A DNA stretch of 64,000 nt from Octopus vulgaris (lineage: Eukaryota). The stretch spans positions 116,560,001 to 116,624,000 of the forward strand of contig OX597821.1 in assembly GCA_951406725.2 (NCBI GenBank), written 5' to 3'. The position numbers and the translations under genes were made by a program. Shown here in pieces: positions 13,213 to 26,042 of the stretch. Under the pieces are notes generated by a model. It was not told the origin of the DNA. It saw only the letters and a program-made list of their open reading frames with translations, and ran no database searches. The number at the start of each line of letters is the position of its first letter. Within the stretch, counting starts at the first letter, position 1.

Positions 13213-14090
13213 AATACGAGCAGCCAAATCAGAATTTCTGCAAAGGTTCTCTGAAGTAATGTTACTCAAACATGGTGCACAGCTTGGAGATCAGGGAGAC
13301 TCTCCAAGCTGATCCACTCCTTCATTGCATTGAGAGGTTACAGCTGTGTCACCGGAGGTGTGTGCTTAGAATGTTACAAGAAAAGAATCACAAGATGGAT
13401 TCTTCAAGCTGAGCTAACCAGCAGGAAGCCTAAGGGTAGATCAAGAATCAGATGGTTGGATGAAATTGCAAAGTTTTCAGTCGGTCATGCTTGAGTGGGT
13501 GAGGATTCCAACCAGAAAGTGTAATGACAGCGGCTTCTGCTAGGATCCTATGGAGGAGGTGCCCAAAGACTCTACACCCATGACTCTCCCAGAAATGGTA
13601 GGCTGAGAAGATGGACACATGGACAGACGGATGGATGGATGGCTAGGTGGGTGGATGGGTGGATGGCTAGGTGGGTTGATGGGTGGGTAGATGGGTAGGT
13701 GGATGAATGGGTGGATGGATGGGTGGATAGGTTGGATGGGTTGATAGGTGAGTGGATGGATGGGGTAGATGGATAGGTAGGTGGGTGGTTGAATGAGTGG
13801 ATGGATGGGTGGATAGATGGGTGGATGGATGGATGGACGAATGAGGGATAGGTGGATGAAAGGATGGATGGGTGGATGGATGAGCGGATGGGTGGGTGGA
13901 TGAGTGGGTGGTTGGATGGGTGGATGGATGAGCGGATGGGTGGATGGATGGATGGGTGGTTAGTTGGATGGGTGGATGGATGGATGGGTGGGTGGATGAG
14001 CGGATGGATGGGTGGATGGGTAGGTGGGTGGATGGGTAGGTGGTTGGATGGGTGGATGGATTATTGGATGGGTGGATAGGTGAGTGGATA
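13213..14090 (+). mobile_element. RTE (Expander/Rex3-like) LINE 3' remnant with expanded (GGAT)n tail
   Basis: Frame-broken translation IRAAKSEFLQR...EIRETLQADPLLHCIERLQL...RKPKGRSRIRWLDEI. GAAGATGGA leads into about 470 bp of (GGAT/GGGT)n. Confidence 0.65.
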
Positions 14091-14274
14091 TATTTGGTTT
14101 TGTTTTGTTCCAGAGCACCTGAAATTGGGGAAAAACGAGAAAAAAACCCACTCAGTTGTAAAAATTATTAGAGCAGGTGGTTACACAACAAGATAAGCTT
14201 TATATTATAAATGGAAATTAATCCCCCCATCTCACCACCACCACCACCCTCTTCATTATTATCATCGGCATCAT

Positions 14275-14305
<31 letters not shown>

Positions 14306-14520
14306 AGCATGACCTATAATGGTAAGATCAAGGTTTTGTACTGGATGACCAAAAAAAAAAAAGAACAATCAAAATATTTTCCCACAAACTGGAACAGATG
14401 CATGGATGTGTGTTGAAAGAAGTTTGCTTCCCAACCACCTGGTTCAAGGTTCAATTTCTCAATGTGACACCTAAGGCAAGTGACTTCAACCAAGGCATCA
14501 GGTGAAGCAAACTCTTGGGA

Positions 14521-14590
14521 ATTATGGAATTTGGCAGACGAAAACTATGCACACGTGCATACCTATATATATATATACATACATACATAC

Positions 14591-14663
<73 letters not shown>

Positions 14664-14720
14664 GTATATATATATATATGTTTGCACGTGTGCATAGTTT
14701 TCGTCTGCCAATTCCATAAT
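14521..14720. repeat. Inverted duplication of a SINE B segment around a (TA)n tract
   Basis: ATTATGGAATTTGGCAGACGAAAACTATGCACACGTGCA versus TGCACGTGTGCATAGTTTTCGTCTGCCAATTCCATAAT. Confidence 0.9.
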
Positions 14721-14822
14721 ATATATACACACATGCACATGCACACGCACACACACACATAAATGTATACAATAAGGATATTTACATATCACACATATGT
14801 ACTATGATATGTATGTATATAC

Positions 14823-14858
<36 letters not shown>

Positions 14859-14915
14859 TTGTATATATACATACATAAAATAAATGAATGGTATATATAT
14901 ATATATATATATATA

Positions 14916-15569
14916 AATACTACAAAATTAGAGAATGGAGAAACATACTTAAATCAATAAAACATCAACTATCCGATGATACTCAATCCATACTTTAATA
15001 CACCATTACATAGGAGTAAAGGCAATATATAAAATGAAATGAGATATACAGTAATAGTAAAAGTAAAAAGATAAAGAGATATAAGTAAAAAATTACAAAT
15101 ACAATATGCAAATAAATCAAAACTGACAGCTGTTTCGGCAGTGAGGACAGTCATACCTCATTTAACCTATAAGCCATAAAGGCAGGTATAAATGAGGCAT
15201 TAACAAAGATGCCCCACGGCCTCTTCAGAGAATTAAATTAAATTTGTTATAATAGTGAAAAATATTATATAATCATATACATATAAATATAAAAATATAA
15301 AAAAGTAAAATATAAAAACTTATACATCATAATGCTACACTTGTATAATATAATACATATTTGTACAAAAAGGAAGGTAACCAGAACAAAATAAAGCAAA
15401 ATATATAACAGTGTATATATAATATTAATAAGTACCGATATCATACATATTTAGCTAATAGTTTTTATAAAAAAAAGGGCTAACACATATGGAGATGAAA
15501 AATAATAATAATTAAATCCGTGGTACAGTTCATAAAATTCTAAAGCTATAAAAGTTAATAAAAATTACT

Positions 15570-15603
<34 letters not shown>

Positions 15604-16049
15604 GTAATAATAATAAAAATAATAAAAATAGATACAGTTAAGTTATCACCAAGTCCATCCTTCCAAGATCGAAATAACTATGAGTTAAGAAATGCTGACC
15701 ACTAGGTAAAGAAAATTTAGATTAATTCGATTGGCTATTGGTTTGAAATTTAAATCACAAAAGAAAATTTATATATTGCCTTTACTCCTATGTAATGGTG
15801 TATTAAAGTATGGATTGAGTATCATCGGATAGTTGATGTTTTATTGATTTAAGTATGTTTCTCCATTCTCTAATTTTGTAGTATTAATTTACGGTAATAT
15901 TATTACCCTTACCCATTTAATACAATAGATGAACTGATTGCTTGACAATTTCTAACATCTATGTATTAATTTTTGTTGGGTACCTATCTAGCAGTATATT
16001 GGATATATATTATCCCATGGTGGGTTGAATTTTCAACCCCTATCTCATT

Positions 16050-16052
<3 letters not shown>
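14916..16052. mobile_element. Penelope-like non-autonomous element (inverted arms plus tail) in (TA)n
   Basis: 118-bp identical inverted arms 14916-15033 and 15768-15885; unpaired tail 15886-16052; HHR inside. Confidence 0.7.
15121..15234 (-). ncRNA. Type-I hammerhead motif with long stem II
   Basis: Reverse strand CT-CTGAAGA-GGCcGTGGGG...CCTCACtGCC-GAAA-CAGCTG-TC-AG; palindromic stem III; stem I only 2 bp. Confidence 0.6.
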
Positions 16053-16096
<44 letters not shown>

Positions 16097-16098
16097 GC

Positions 16099-16145
<47 letters not shown>

Positions 16146-16198
16146 TATAAAATAAATAAATAGTATATATCATCATTATCATTATCATCATCATCATT

Positions 16199-16237
<39 letters not shown>

Positions 16238-16453
16238 GTTGTTGTCATTTAATGTCTGCTTTCCATGCTGGCATGGATTGGACGGTTTAACTGAGGACTG
16301 GTGAGCCAGAGATATAAATATATATGAAACAAAATCTCTCCCTCTCTCTCTCTTTTTCTCTCTCTCTCTATCTATCTATCTATCTCCATTGTCCTGGAAC
16401 CTCACCCAAAAATACAAAAATAAACAAAATCAAGTCTCTTCTTCTAAACTATT

Positions 16454-16506
<53 letters not shown>

Positions 16507-16509
<3 letters not shown>

Positions 16510-17292
16510 AGAAAAAGGCAACAAAAATGGATCAGTATTTCGGTACAATTGTTTTATACGAAGACCAGCTTTATTAAGGCTGCAAATATTGCAGCAAATA
16601 CAAGTGACCCGTACTCATCAGCCAAAAACACATCTGAGTTCCCCAAACATCTAAGGGGGTGAGGCTACACTCATGAAACATCAGGGATAGTTCTATAAAA
16701 ATCAGATTTAGATAATAAACGGACTTCCAAAGTTCTCTAATGTTGCACAGTCATATAACAGGTCTTAAAAAAGTATTTTAAAAAGCCTGTTAGTTTCACA
16801 GAAAATGAAAATGTAAATCCATCCATAATGAAGTAGGTTTGATTTCTGGAGATATGAGGAGAGATTTCATACTCACAGACGATGAATTTATCCATAATTA
16901 GTCCATAATAAAGTGGGTATAGTTTCCTGATGTATGATGATATACTGGTTACACTTTAGAAGTCAGTTTATTATCTAAATCTGATTTTTATAGAACTATC
17001 CCTGATGTTTCATGAGTGTAGCCTCACCCCCTTAGATGTTTGGAGAACTCAGATGTGTTTTTGGCTGATGAGAACGGGTCACTTGTATTTGCTGCAATAT
17101 TTGCAGCCTTAATAAAGCTGGTCTTCGTATGAAACAATTGTACAGAAATACTGATCCATTTTTGTTGCTTTTTTCTTGTTTATAATCACCCCGCATTATC
17201 TTATGGTTAATACCATATAGATTTCTGGTGCATCTAAGTTAAGTACCTCATTCATGTGAGTTCAAGAGAACTCACTTGAATCTTAATTGTTT

Positions 17293-17295
<3 letters not shown>
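16507..17295. mobile_element. Penelope-like non-autonomous element (221-bp inverted arms plus tail) in (TA)n
   Basis: Arms 16507-16727 and 16959-17179 with a few mismatches; tail 17180-17295; HHR in each arm. Confidence 0.75.
17061..17146 (+). ncRNA. Type-I hammerhead motif (mirror copy at 16540-16625, minus strand)
   Basis: Two-arm consensus TTGG-CTGATGA-GTACG...CGTAT-GAAA-CAATTG-TA-CCGA. Confidence 0.7.
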
Positions 17296-17345
<50 letters not shown>

Positions 17346-17499
17346 TATCAAAACACATGTTTCGACCAGTCATTCTGGGTCTCTTTAAGTACATCAATTA
17401 AAAGTCTCACTCAAGATTACTTGACTCAGCTTACATACCACTATATGTCCATCAAGTTCGAGAATATATGTATATAAATATATACATACATATATATAT

Positions 17500-18080
17500 A
17501 TCATCATCACTATCATTTACCGTCCGTTTTCCATGCTAGCATGGGTTGGATGGTTTGACCGAGGTCTGGGAAGCCAGGAGGCTGCACCAGTCTCCAGTCT
17601 GATGTGGCAGTGTTTCTACAGCTGGATGCCCTTCCTAATGCCAACCACTCCGAGAGTGTAGTGGGTGCTTTTTACGTGCCACCGGCATGGGTATCACAAC
17701 TACAATTTCCATTTGATTTTTTTTTTTATGTTGATGTACTTAACTCAATAGATCTCCTCAAGCACAGCAGGTTGTCTTATGATTCAAGGTACTTGGAATG
17801 GGCTGGGGCTGGTTATGTGAAGCTGGTGTAGGATACAGCTGTGAACTCATTTTATTTGTCAGGTCTTCGCAGTCACAGCATATCTCCAGAGATCTCAGTC
17901 TTTCATCATTGCCTCTGTGAGGCCCAACGTTCAAAGGTCATGCTTCACCACCTCATCCCATGGCTTCCTGGGTCTACCTCTACCCCGGATTCCTTCAACT
18001 GTTTGGGAGTGGCACTTCTTCACACATCTCTCCTCATCCATCTGTAGTACATGACCATACCAGTGCAAATGTCTCTCTTG
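17500..18080 (-). mobile_element. 5'-truncated RTE LINE: ORF end plus 3' UTR (family C) plus (GAT)n tail
   Basis: Reverse strand QERHLHWYGHVLQMDEERCVKKCHSQTVEGIRGRGRPRKPWDEVVKHDL*, running on into the family C body ending CCAACCCATGCTAGCATGGAAAACGGACG. Confidence 0.8.
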
Positions 18081-18317
18081 TACACCATACATATATATAT
18101 CATCATCATCACCATCGTTTAACGTCTGCTTTCCATGCTGGCATGGGTTGGATGGTTTGACTGATGAGTGGTGAGCCAGATGGCTGTACCAGACTCCAAT
18201 TTTAATCTGGCAGAGTTTCTACAGCTGGATGCCCTTCCTAACACCAACCACTGCGAGAGTGTAGTGGGTGCTTTTACGTGCCACACTGATGATGGTATAT
18301 ATATATATATATATAAA

Positions 18318-18370
<53 letters not shown>

Positions 18371-18384
18371 ATATATATATATAT

Positions 18385-18598
18385 AACGGGAAGCTTTATG
18401 AAAATAGACAAAAGACGAAGGCAGGTGGAAAACAAACAAACAATTGTATTAGTATGGTGCTCAGGAAATATAAATAAAACAAGTCTTTAACGTTTCGAGC
18501 CTACGCTCTTCAACAGAAAGATACACAGAGAGAAAAAAAACACAGAAAGAAGGAGAGAAAAAAATGCGTGCAGTAACTAACGAATCAACATGGCGGTC
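18385..18598 (-). mobile_element. ~215-bp HHR-bearing element between (TA)n tracts
   Basis: Reverse strand 18520-18485: CTTT-CTGTTGA-A-GAGC-gtag-GCTC-GAAA-CGTT-AAAG; related to 2955-3172. Confidence 0.6.
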
Positions 18599-18612
18599 TA
18601 TATATATGTATG

Positions 18613-18663
<51 letters not shown>

Positions 18664-18839
18664 ATATATATATATATGTCTATATATATGTATATATATA
18701 TATTTGTATAATCAGGACTATGCATGTATCGAAATATATGTAAAATCCTAATTAAGTGTTAAGTAAAATTGATATTAAACTTGCAGTGAGGAATTTCAGC
18801 AAAGAAACATCACAGTAAGAAAACAGAACAAAGGAGGCA

Positions 18840-19210
18840 GTTAATAATAACAACAACAATAATGATGATGACAATGATGGTGATGATTACAACAACAAAT
18901 AATGATGATGACACTGATGATGATACAGATGATGATGATGATGATGGTGATGATTACAACGACAAATAATGATGATGACACTGATGATGATACAGATGAT
19001 GATGATGATGATGGTGATGATTACAACGACAAATAATGATGATGACACTGATGATGATACAGATGATGATGATGATGATGGCGATGACGAAGACAATGAT
19101 GATAATGATAATAATGATGATAATGATGATGATAAAGATGATGATGATGATAATGATGACAATGATGATGATAAAGATGACGATCATGATGATGATGATG
19201 ATGAGGATGA
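18840..19210. repeat. (GAT)n tract with ~66-bp higher-order unit, 3 copies
   Basis: GATTACAAC(A/G)ACAAATAATGATGATGACACTGATGATGATACAG repeated. Confidence 0.9.
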
Positions 19211-20204
19211 AGTTTCCATTATCCTTATATATCAGATAATTTTCCTTTCACTGCAATCATTGAGTGAACCCTGGTGAAATATTGATGAGAAGGTAAAGGA
19301 TGAAGTGACAGGAGAGGAAGAGGATTGTAATGTGGATGGGTGGTATCAGTGGTGGGAGTGGCGGTACAGGCGGTAGTGGCAGTGGGGGGTGTGATAGCAG
19401 TGATGATGATGCTGATGGTGATGTGATTTTCCTGATTGAGATCGTGGTGGTGGTGGCAGTGGTAATGGTGGTGGTGGCAGTGGTGACTGTGACAATGGTC
19501 ATGGTGCTTCCAGGAGTCATGGTGGTCGTGGTACTCTTGTTGTTGTTGGCAGTGGTGGTGGTGGTAGTGTTGTTGATGATGGTGCTTCTGTTGGTGATGA
19601 TAGTGGTGGTAGTAGTGGTGGTGTTATTGTTGTTTTTGGCAGTGGTGTTGGTGGTGGTAGTGTTGTTAATAGTGGTGCTTCTGTTGGTGGTGGTTGTGGT
19701 GGTGGTGGTGGTGATTGTAGTGCTTCAGGAGGTCATGGAGGTAGTCATGTCAGTGGCAGTTGCAGTTGCAGTTGCGGTTGTGGTTGTAGTTATGTAGTGC
19801 TTGTGGTTAACTATAGTATAATCAAAACCAAATCCAACCGAAAACACAAAGAAACCCACCAAAATCTCTTTTAATAAATATTGTGATACTCGGAGCCATG
19901 AAGGACCTGTCTGACTTGGAGAAGTCCCTGTCTGTTGCCTTCTACAGGAAGAGGTTCGTTTGATTGTATTGGAAATTAATTGGATTTTAAGGCTGATGAA
20001 GGGGCCTACCTTGCAGGAGGAGATAGATAGACTCAGCAGATAATTATGAGTCCATCTTGTCTGTTTTTTACACCGGAAATCGAATTCACTCAAGCTTGAA
20101 ATAATATAGCAGTTTATTGATGTGTTTGTTGTGATGTTAGGGATGCAAATGGCCACGTTATAGATTTAGCCTAGTTTTTCCAGTATATTCATAGCGAAAA
20201 TGAA

Positions 20205-21138
20205 CACAAACACACAAACCTACACACACAGACATACATAGACACACATGTGCACACAAACAGACACGTACAAATATATACACATACACACAAGCATAAT
20301 CACACACAAATACACACGCACAAACAAACACACAATACACACATAAACATACACAACATACATATCTACACAAACATACACATACATACAAGCACACACA
20401 CACATACGCATACATGCATACATACACGATACATACATACATATACATATACATACATACATAATACACACATGCACACAAAACATACACACATGCATAC
20501 AGAAACATACGCACACAAACATACGCATACACATACACACACACACACAAACATACACACATGTATACACAAACATTTACACACAAACATACACACACAC
20601 AAACATATACACACAAACATGCACACACAAATATACACACACACATACGTACACACATACACATACATACATACATACATACATACATACATACATAAAT
20701 ACATACATGCATACATACGTACATACATATATGCATACGTACATACATATACACATGTGCATTATACAGACACACATAGATACACATGCACATGCATTAT
20801 CTTCTGCAATTATGTGCAGTCTCACATTAGCTCTCCTTTTCTCTTTCTCTCACTCACACTCACTCTCATACATAAATACACATATATGCATACACAGACA
20901 TACACACACGCATACATACACACATTCTTTGCACACAAACACACATTCATTTTCTCTATCTCATATATACACACACCACTCTCTCCACTGTACAATCATA
21001 CATACATACACGCATATATAAATACACGCATATATATATGCATGCATGCATACAGGCAAGCACACATACATACATGAATATATATATATACACACACACA
21101 TATATATGTATGTATATGTATATATATGTATATATATG

Positions 21139-21171
<33 letters not shown>

Positions 21172-21247
21172 ATATATACATGTATAATATATATATTTAT
21201 ATATATATATACACACATACATATATACATGTATACATATATATATT

Positions 21248-21281
<34 letters not shown>

Positions 21282-21460
21282 CCTACATATACACATGAAT
21301 GCATATACACAAACATATTCTTTGTTTCTCTCTCTGTCTCACACACACACACACACTTACACAAATACACATGCACACACACACATTGTTTCTTTCTCTC
21401 CCACACTCTCTCACAAACACACACACACACACACATGTACACACACACACACACATGTTG
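20205..21460. repeat. Large degenerate (CA)/(TA)/(CATA) microsatellite
   Basis: Directly visible. Confidence 0.95.
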
Positions 21461-22364
21461 TATGCCTGTATGCAACGTTTACAAATGCTAAGCAATTGAA
21501 CTTCTGCTGCCTCGCAAACATCAGTTCCACATCAAAGCCAAACCGAAATGTCCCAAGGCTTTTTATCATATTTTTGGATCATCTTCTCTTCGTTTATTTG
21601 CCGAGATTTTTCTGCTGTAAAACAATAAAACCCATGCAACAACACAACAAAAACAAACGAAAAATAATACAAAAAAAAAAAAAACAGAAGACAAAATCAG
21701 GAAGAACTCCAATATAATGAATGCTTAATGTCTGCAATGGTTTTTCTTTCAACTTTGTTGATTATAAAGATGAGGAAGAAAAACAACAACAGCAGCAGCA
21801 GCAGCAACAACAACAACTGCAGATGTAAACCATAATAATGTCAGCATTTCAAGAAAGGAAGGATTTTTTTTTTAGCTGATGAGAAAAATCTTGAGAAGTT
21901 TCCATCTTGGGAATTGGCTGATTGTCTGATATGCGTGTGTGTTTGTGTGTTTGTGTGTGTGTGTGTGTACATATATATATATATACACACACACACATAC
22001 ACATATATATTACACTACATTATATGTATATTAGATATAAAATATGTATATATGTATGTTTTTTATATATACATACATACATATATGTATACATATATAT
22101 GTATATATAAGTATGTAAGTATGTTTATATATATATATATAGCATATATATATACACACATACATATACGTGTGTGAGTATATATATATGTATGTATGTA
22201 TGTATAGTCACACACATATACATATATGCATGTGTACATGTGTATTTATGTGTATATATATACACACACACACATTTATATATATATATATTATATGATA
22301 TATATATGTCTACATATGTATGTATACATATGCATACATTTATATGCATACAAACATATATATA

Positions 22365-22412
<48 letters not shown>

Positions 22413-22760
22413 TACAAAGACACACACACACACATATGTATATGCTCTTATAAATGCATATGATGTATATGCAAGTATGCATACGTGTATATGTATGCAT
22501 GCATGTCTACCAAAGAAACGCGGAAATTCTGCGCAGTAGACAGCCTCAGGCTTTGCTTTTAAATGCTAAGTTTTCTATTTGTGGTGAAGAAAAGAAAAAC
22601 AAAGAAAAACTAGAAAATACAACAGGAATATGCTTCGTGTTGTGTACTAATTATGAGGGGAGAAGCATGATTGCCACAAAATCAGCATTTCCATATCTGT
22701 AGAACCCCATTATACAAAGTGCAGTGATGTTATTCTTGAGAACTCTGCGAGGTTTTCCGC

Positions 22761-23300
22761 AATGATGATGATGATGTTGATGAGGATGATTATGATGATG
22801 ATGATGATGATGACAATGATGACGACAATGATGATGATGTTGAGGATGATGACAACGATGATGATGATGAGGAGGAGGAAGAGGATGACAACGATGATGA
22901 TGAGGATGGTGATGATGATGGTGATGGTGATGATGACAACAATGATGATGATGATGATGATGATGATGATGCAATGATCATGACAACGATGACGGCAATG
23001 ATGATGATGATGATGACGGCAGTGACAGTGATGATGGTGACAATGACAGTGGTGTTTTAGATGATGGTAGCGGTGATGATGATGATGAGGAAGAGGAGGA
23101 GGTTGACAATGATGACCATGGGGATGATGGCAGTGATGGTGACGAGCATGATAGTGGTGGATGTAGTGTTGGTGGTGGTGGTGGTGGTGGTGGTGTAAGT
23201 GATGTTGATGAAGAACAAGATGATGATGATGATGGTGGTGGTGGTGGTGATGATAACGGTGATGACAATGAGGAGAAGGAGGAGGAGGAGGAGGCTGATG
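22761..23300. repeat. Degenerate (GAT)/(GGT)/(GAG) microsatellite
   Basis: Directly visible. Confidence 0.9.
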
Positions 23301-23582
23301 ATTACAGTCTAAATCAGTAAATTGCATAAAACCTCATTAGAGTAAGAAAAGCTAATTAGTTCATCACAAACGACTGCATATTTAAAACATATTGATGTTT
23401 GTTGTTAGAAATTGTCTCTTCTTTGCATTGCAATGGTTCTCTGGGTCAAATTCATCCCTATGTTCATCTTGGAGTACAATGGTGTTGCAGACGTTTGGAC
23501 ACAGCCATGTTGGTGCCACCTAATTGCCGTCACTGATTCGATGCTGACTTATTTGACATCAGACATTTTACTCTCTCTCTCT

Positions 23583-23623
<41 letters not shown>

Positions 23624-23669
23624 TGTGAGCATCTAGTTATGTCTGTATATATATTCTTTTATTCTTTTA

Positions 23670-24111
23670 TGGCGAGCTGGCAGAAACGTTAGCACGCTGG
23701 GTGAAATGCTTAGTGGTGTATTTCATTTGTCTTTACGTTCTGAGTTCAAATTCCACCAAGGTCGACTTTGCCTTTCATCCTTTCAGGGTCAATAAATTAA
23801 GAACCACTTGCATACTTGGTTCAATCTAATCGACTGCCCCCCACCGTCCCCAAAATTTTCGGGCCTTGTGCCTAGAGTAGAAAAGATTATTCTTCTAGTT
23901 GTGTCAGTCGTTTGACTGCATCCATGCTGGAGCACCACTTCCAGTCAAACAAATTGACCCCAGGACTTATTCTTTGTAAGCCTAGTACTTATTCTATCGG
24001 TCTCTTTTGCCAAACTGCTATGTTACAGAGACATAAACACACCAACATCGGTTGTCAGGCGATGTTGGGAGGACAAACACAGATGCACAAACATACACAC
24101 GCATACATACA

Positions 24112-24157
<46 letters not shown>

Positions 24158-24188
24158 CATGTATGTATATATATATATATGTACATAC

Positions 24189-24230
<42 letters not shown>

Positions 24231-24615
24231 CGACAGGCTTCTTTCAGCAAGCTACTTACGACACAGTCATGCCTGCACCCGTATCTTTTATTCATTTTAG
24301 TCGCTAGACTGTGGCCATGCTGGGGCATCACCTTGAGGAATTTTAGTCAAATGAATTGACCTCAGTACTTTTATTCAAGACTAGCACTTATTCTATCAGT
24401 TTCTTTTGCTGAACTACTAGGTTACAGATATGTAAGCACATCAACATTGGTTAAGTGGTGGAGGGGGGGTAATAAACACAGACACAAACACACACATACA
24501 TAAATATACAATGGGCTGCTATCTACCAAGTCCACTCACAAGGCTTTGGCCAGCCCAAGGCTATAGGACTGAACCTGGAACCATGTGGTTGGGAAGCAAG
24601 CTTCTCATCCCACAG
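23670..24615. mobile_element. SINE cluster: family A (+, tail type 2) then two family B (-)
   Basis: A ends GGGCCTTGTGCCTAGAGTAGAAAAGATT; B copies at about 23895-24280 and 24285-24615. Confidence 0.8.
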
Positions 24616-24697
24616 CAATGTCTTTGATTCACTCAATATTGGCTTCCATGTGACGCAATTAATTAGAAAGTTATTTGACTCAGAACTTTTATATATA

Positions 24698-25219
24698 CTG
24701 TAAATCCTCGAGTATAGTCCGCCCTTGAGTATAATACGCAGGGGATTTTTAGGGGACTGTACTTCTGAAAAACCTAAACCTTGTGTATAATACGCACCCC
24801 TTCTCTCACTTGAGTCATGCGTAATTAAGCCAGCAGCACCTAGTTGAACAAACACTTCCGCGCATGCATAATATAATAATGGTGATGTTCTTAACTGTTA
24901 TATGGGAATGTAAATATGCTTGCAAATTGTTTTTGTTACATGTTATTCTGTGTTCTGAATACTTTTATTTTATTAATTGTTGCTTACTGCAAGTTATGGA
25001 TGATTCTTTTATGACATCATTGCTTTCAAGCTTAGCTTAAAGTATTTTCATGCTCGACATCACAAAATGGGTCTGAATAAACATTGCCGGACAGCAAATA
25101 GAGACTCGGACATTGCTTAGAAAATATGTTTCATTTTTAACCATGTATATAGTACGCACTAGGGATTTTGACCTTTAAATTTTGGGAAAAAAATGTGGAT
25201 TATACTCGAGGATTTACGG
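24698..25219. mobile_element. Tc1/mariner-superfamily (pogo/Tigger-like) MITE
   Basis: Terminal inverted repeats (TIRs) CTGTAAATCCTCGAGTATAGTCCGC and GTGGATTATACTCGAGGATTTACGG, TA on both sides, subterminal GTATAATACGCA repeats. Confidence 0.85.
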
Positions 25220-25659
25220 TATATATCACAGTCTTGACCAGTCTACTGGATGTGGTCACAATGCACTTTGCATCGTTTTAGCTTTTGAAAAACCCTTTCT
25301 GTTAAAAGCATAAGGCCTGAAATTTAAGGGGAGAGGACTAGTTGATTACATCGACCCTGGCGTTTCACTGGTACTTAATTCATCAACCCTGAAAAGATGA
25401 AAGGCAAAGTCAACTTTGACAGCCTTTTTAGCTTTTGAATAATGCCATCTTGCTAGCTAGGCGAGCAGGCCAACACTCCCTGCTTTGATTGGAAGGCTAT
25501 TCCAATGCAGGGATACCCATTTACAGCTGAGTGGACTGGTGCAATTAAGAGTTTTGCTCAAGAACACAATGCACCATCCAGTCCAGGAATTGAACCCATG
25601 ATCTAGCAATCATGAGTGCAAGACTCTAACCACTAGGCCATGCGCTTTTACATATATAC

Positions 25660-26025
25660 AAACGTTGGGATTCACAGAAGAGATGACAGGGGACTAAGAC
25701 TCCACCTGGTGGCAGTTTGCTGTACTTGAAAAGACACATCAAGCTAAGTAAAAGTGTGGTTGCCCTTGCATACAGGTTCGTCCCTTGTTGCTTCCTCCGG
25801 CTGAACATCCTTAATCTTATGGGATTGTAAGTACTGGTGCCATGTAAAAAGCACCCAGTACACTCTGTAAGGTGGTTGGCATTAGGAAGGGCATCCAACT
25901 GTAGAAACCATGCCAGAACAGACAGGGAGTCTGAACAGCCCTTCAGCTGGTCAGCTTCTGTCAAACTGTCCAAGCCATGCCAGCATGGAAAATGGATGTT
26001 AAATGATGATGATGATGACGATGAT
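25660..26025 (+). mobile_element. RTE ORF-end remnant plus family C 3' UTR
   Basis: ACGTTGGGATTCACAGAAGAGATGAC..., then GCATTAGGAAGGGCATCC and a (GAT)n tail. Confidence 0.65.
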
Positions 26026-26042
26026 ATATATATATATACACA

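Noticed and set aside
19991-20020. Isolated CTGATGA cores (also near 21876, 36523 and 49141)
   Set aside because: No properly placed GAAA with flanking helices.
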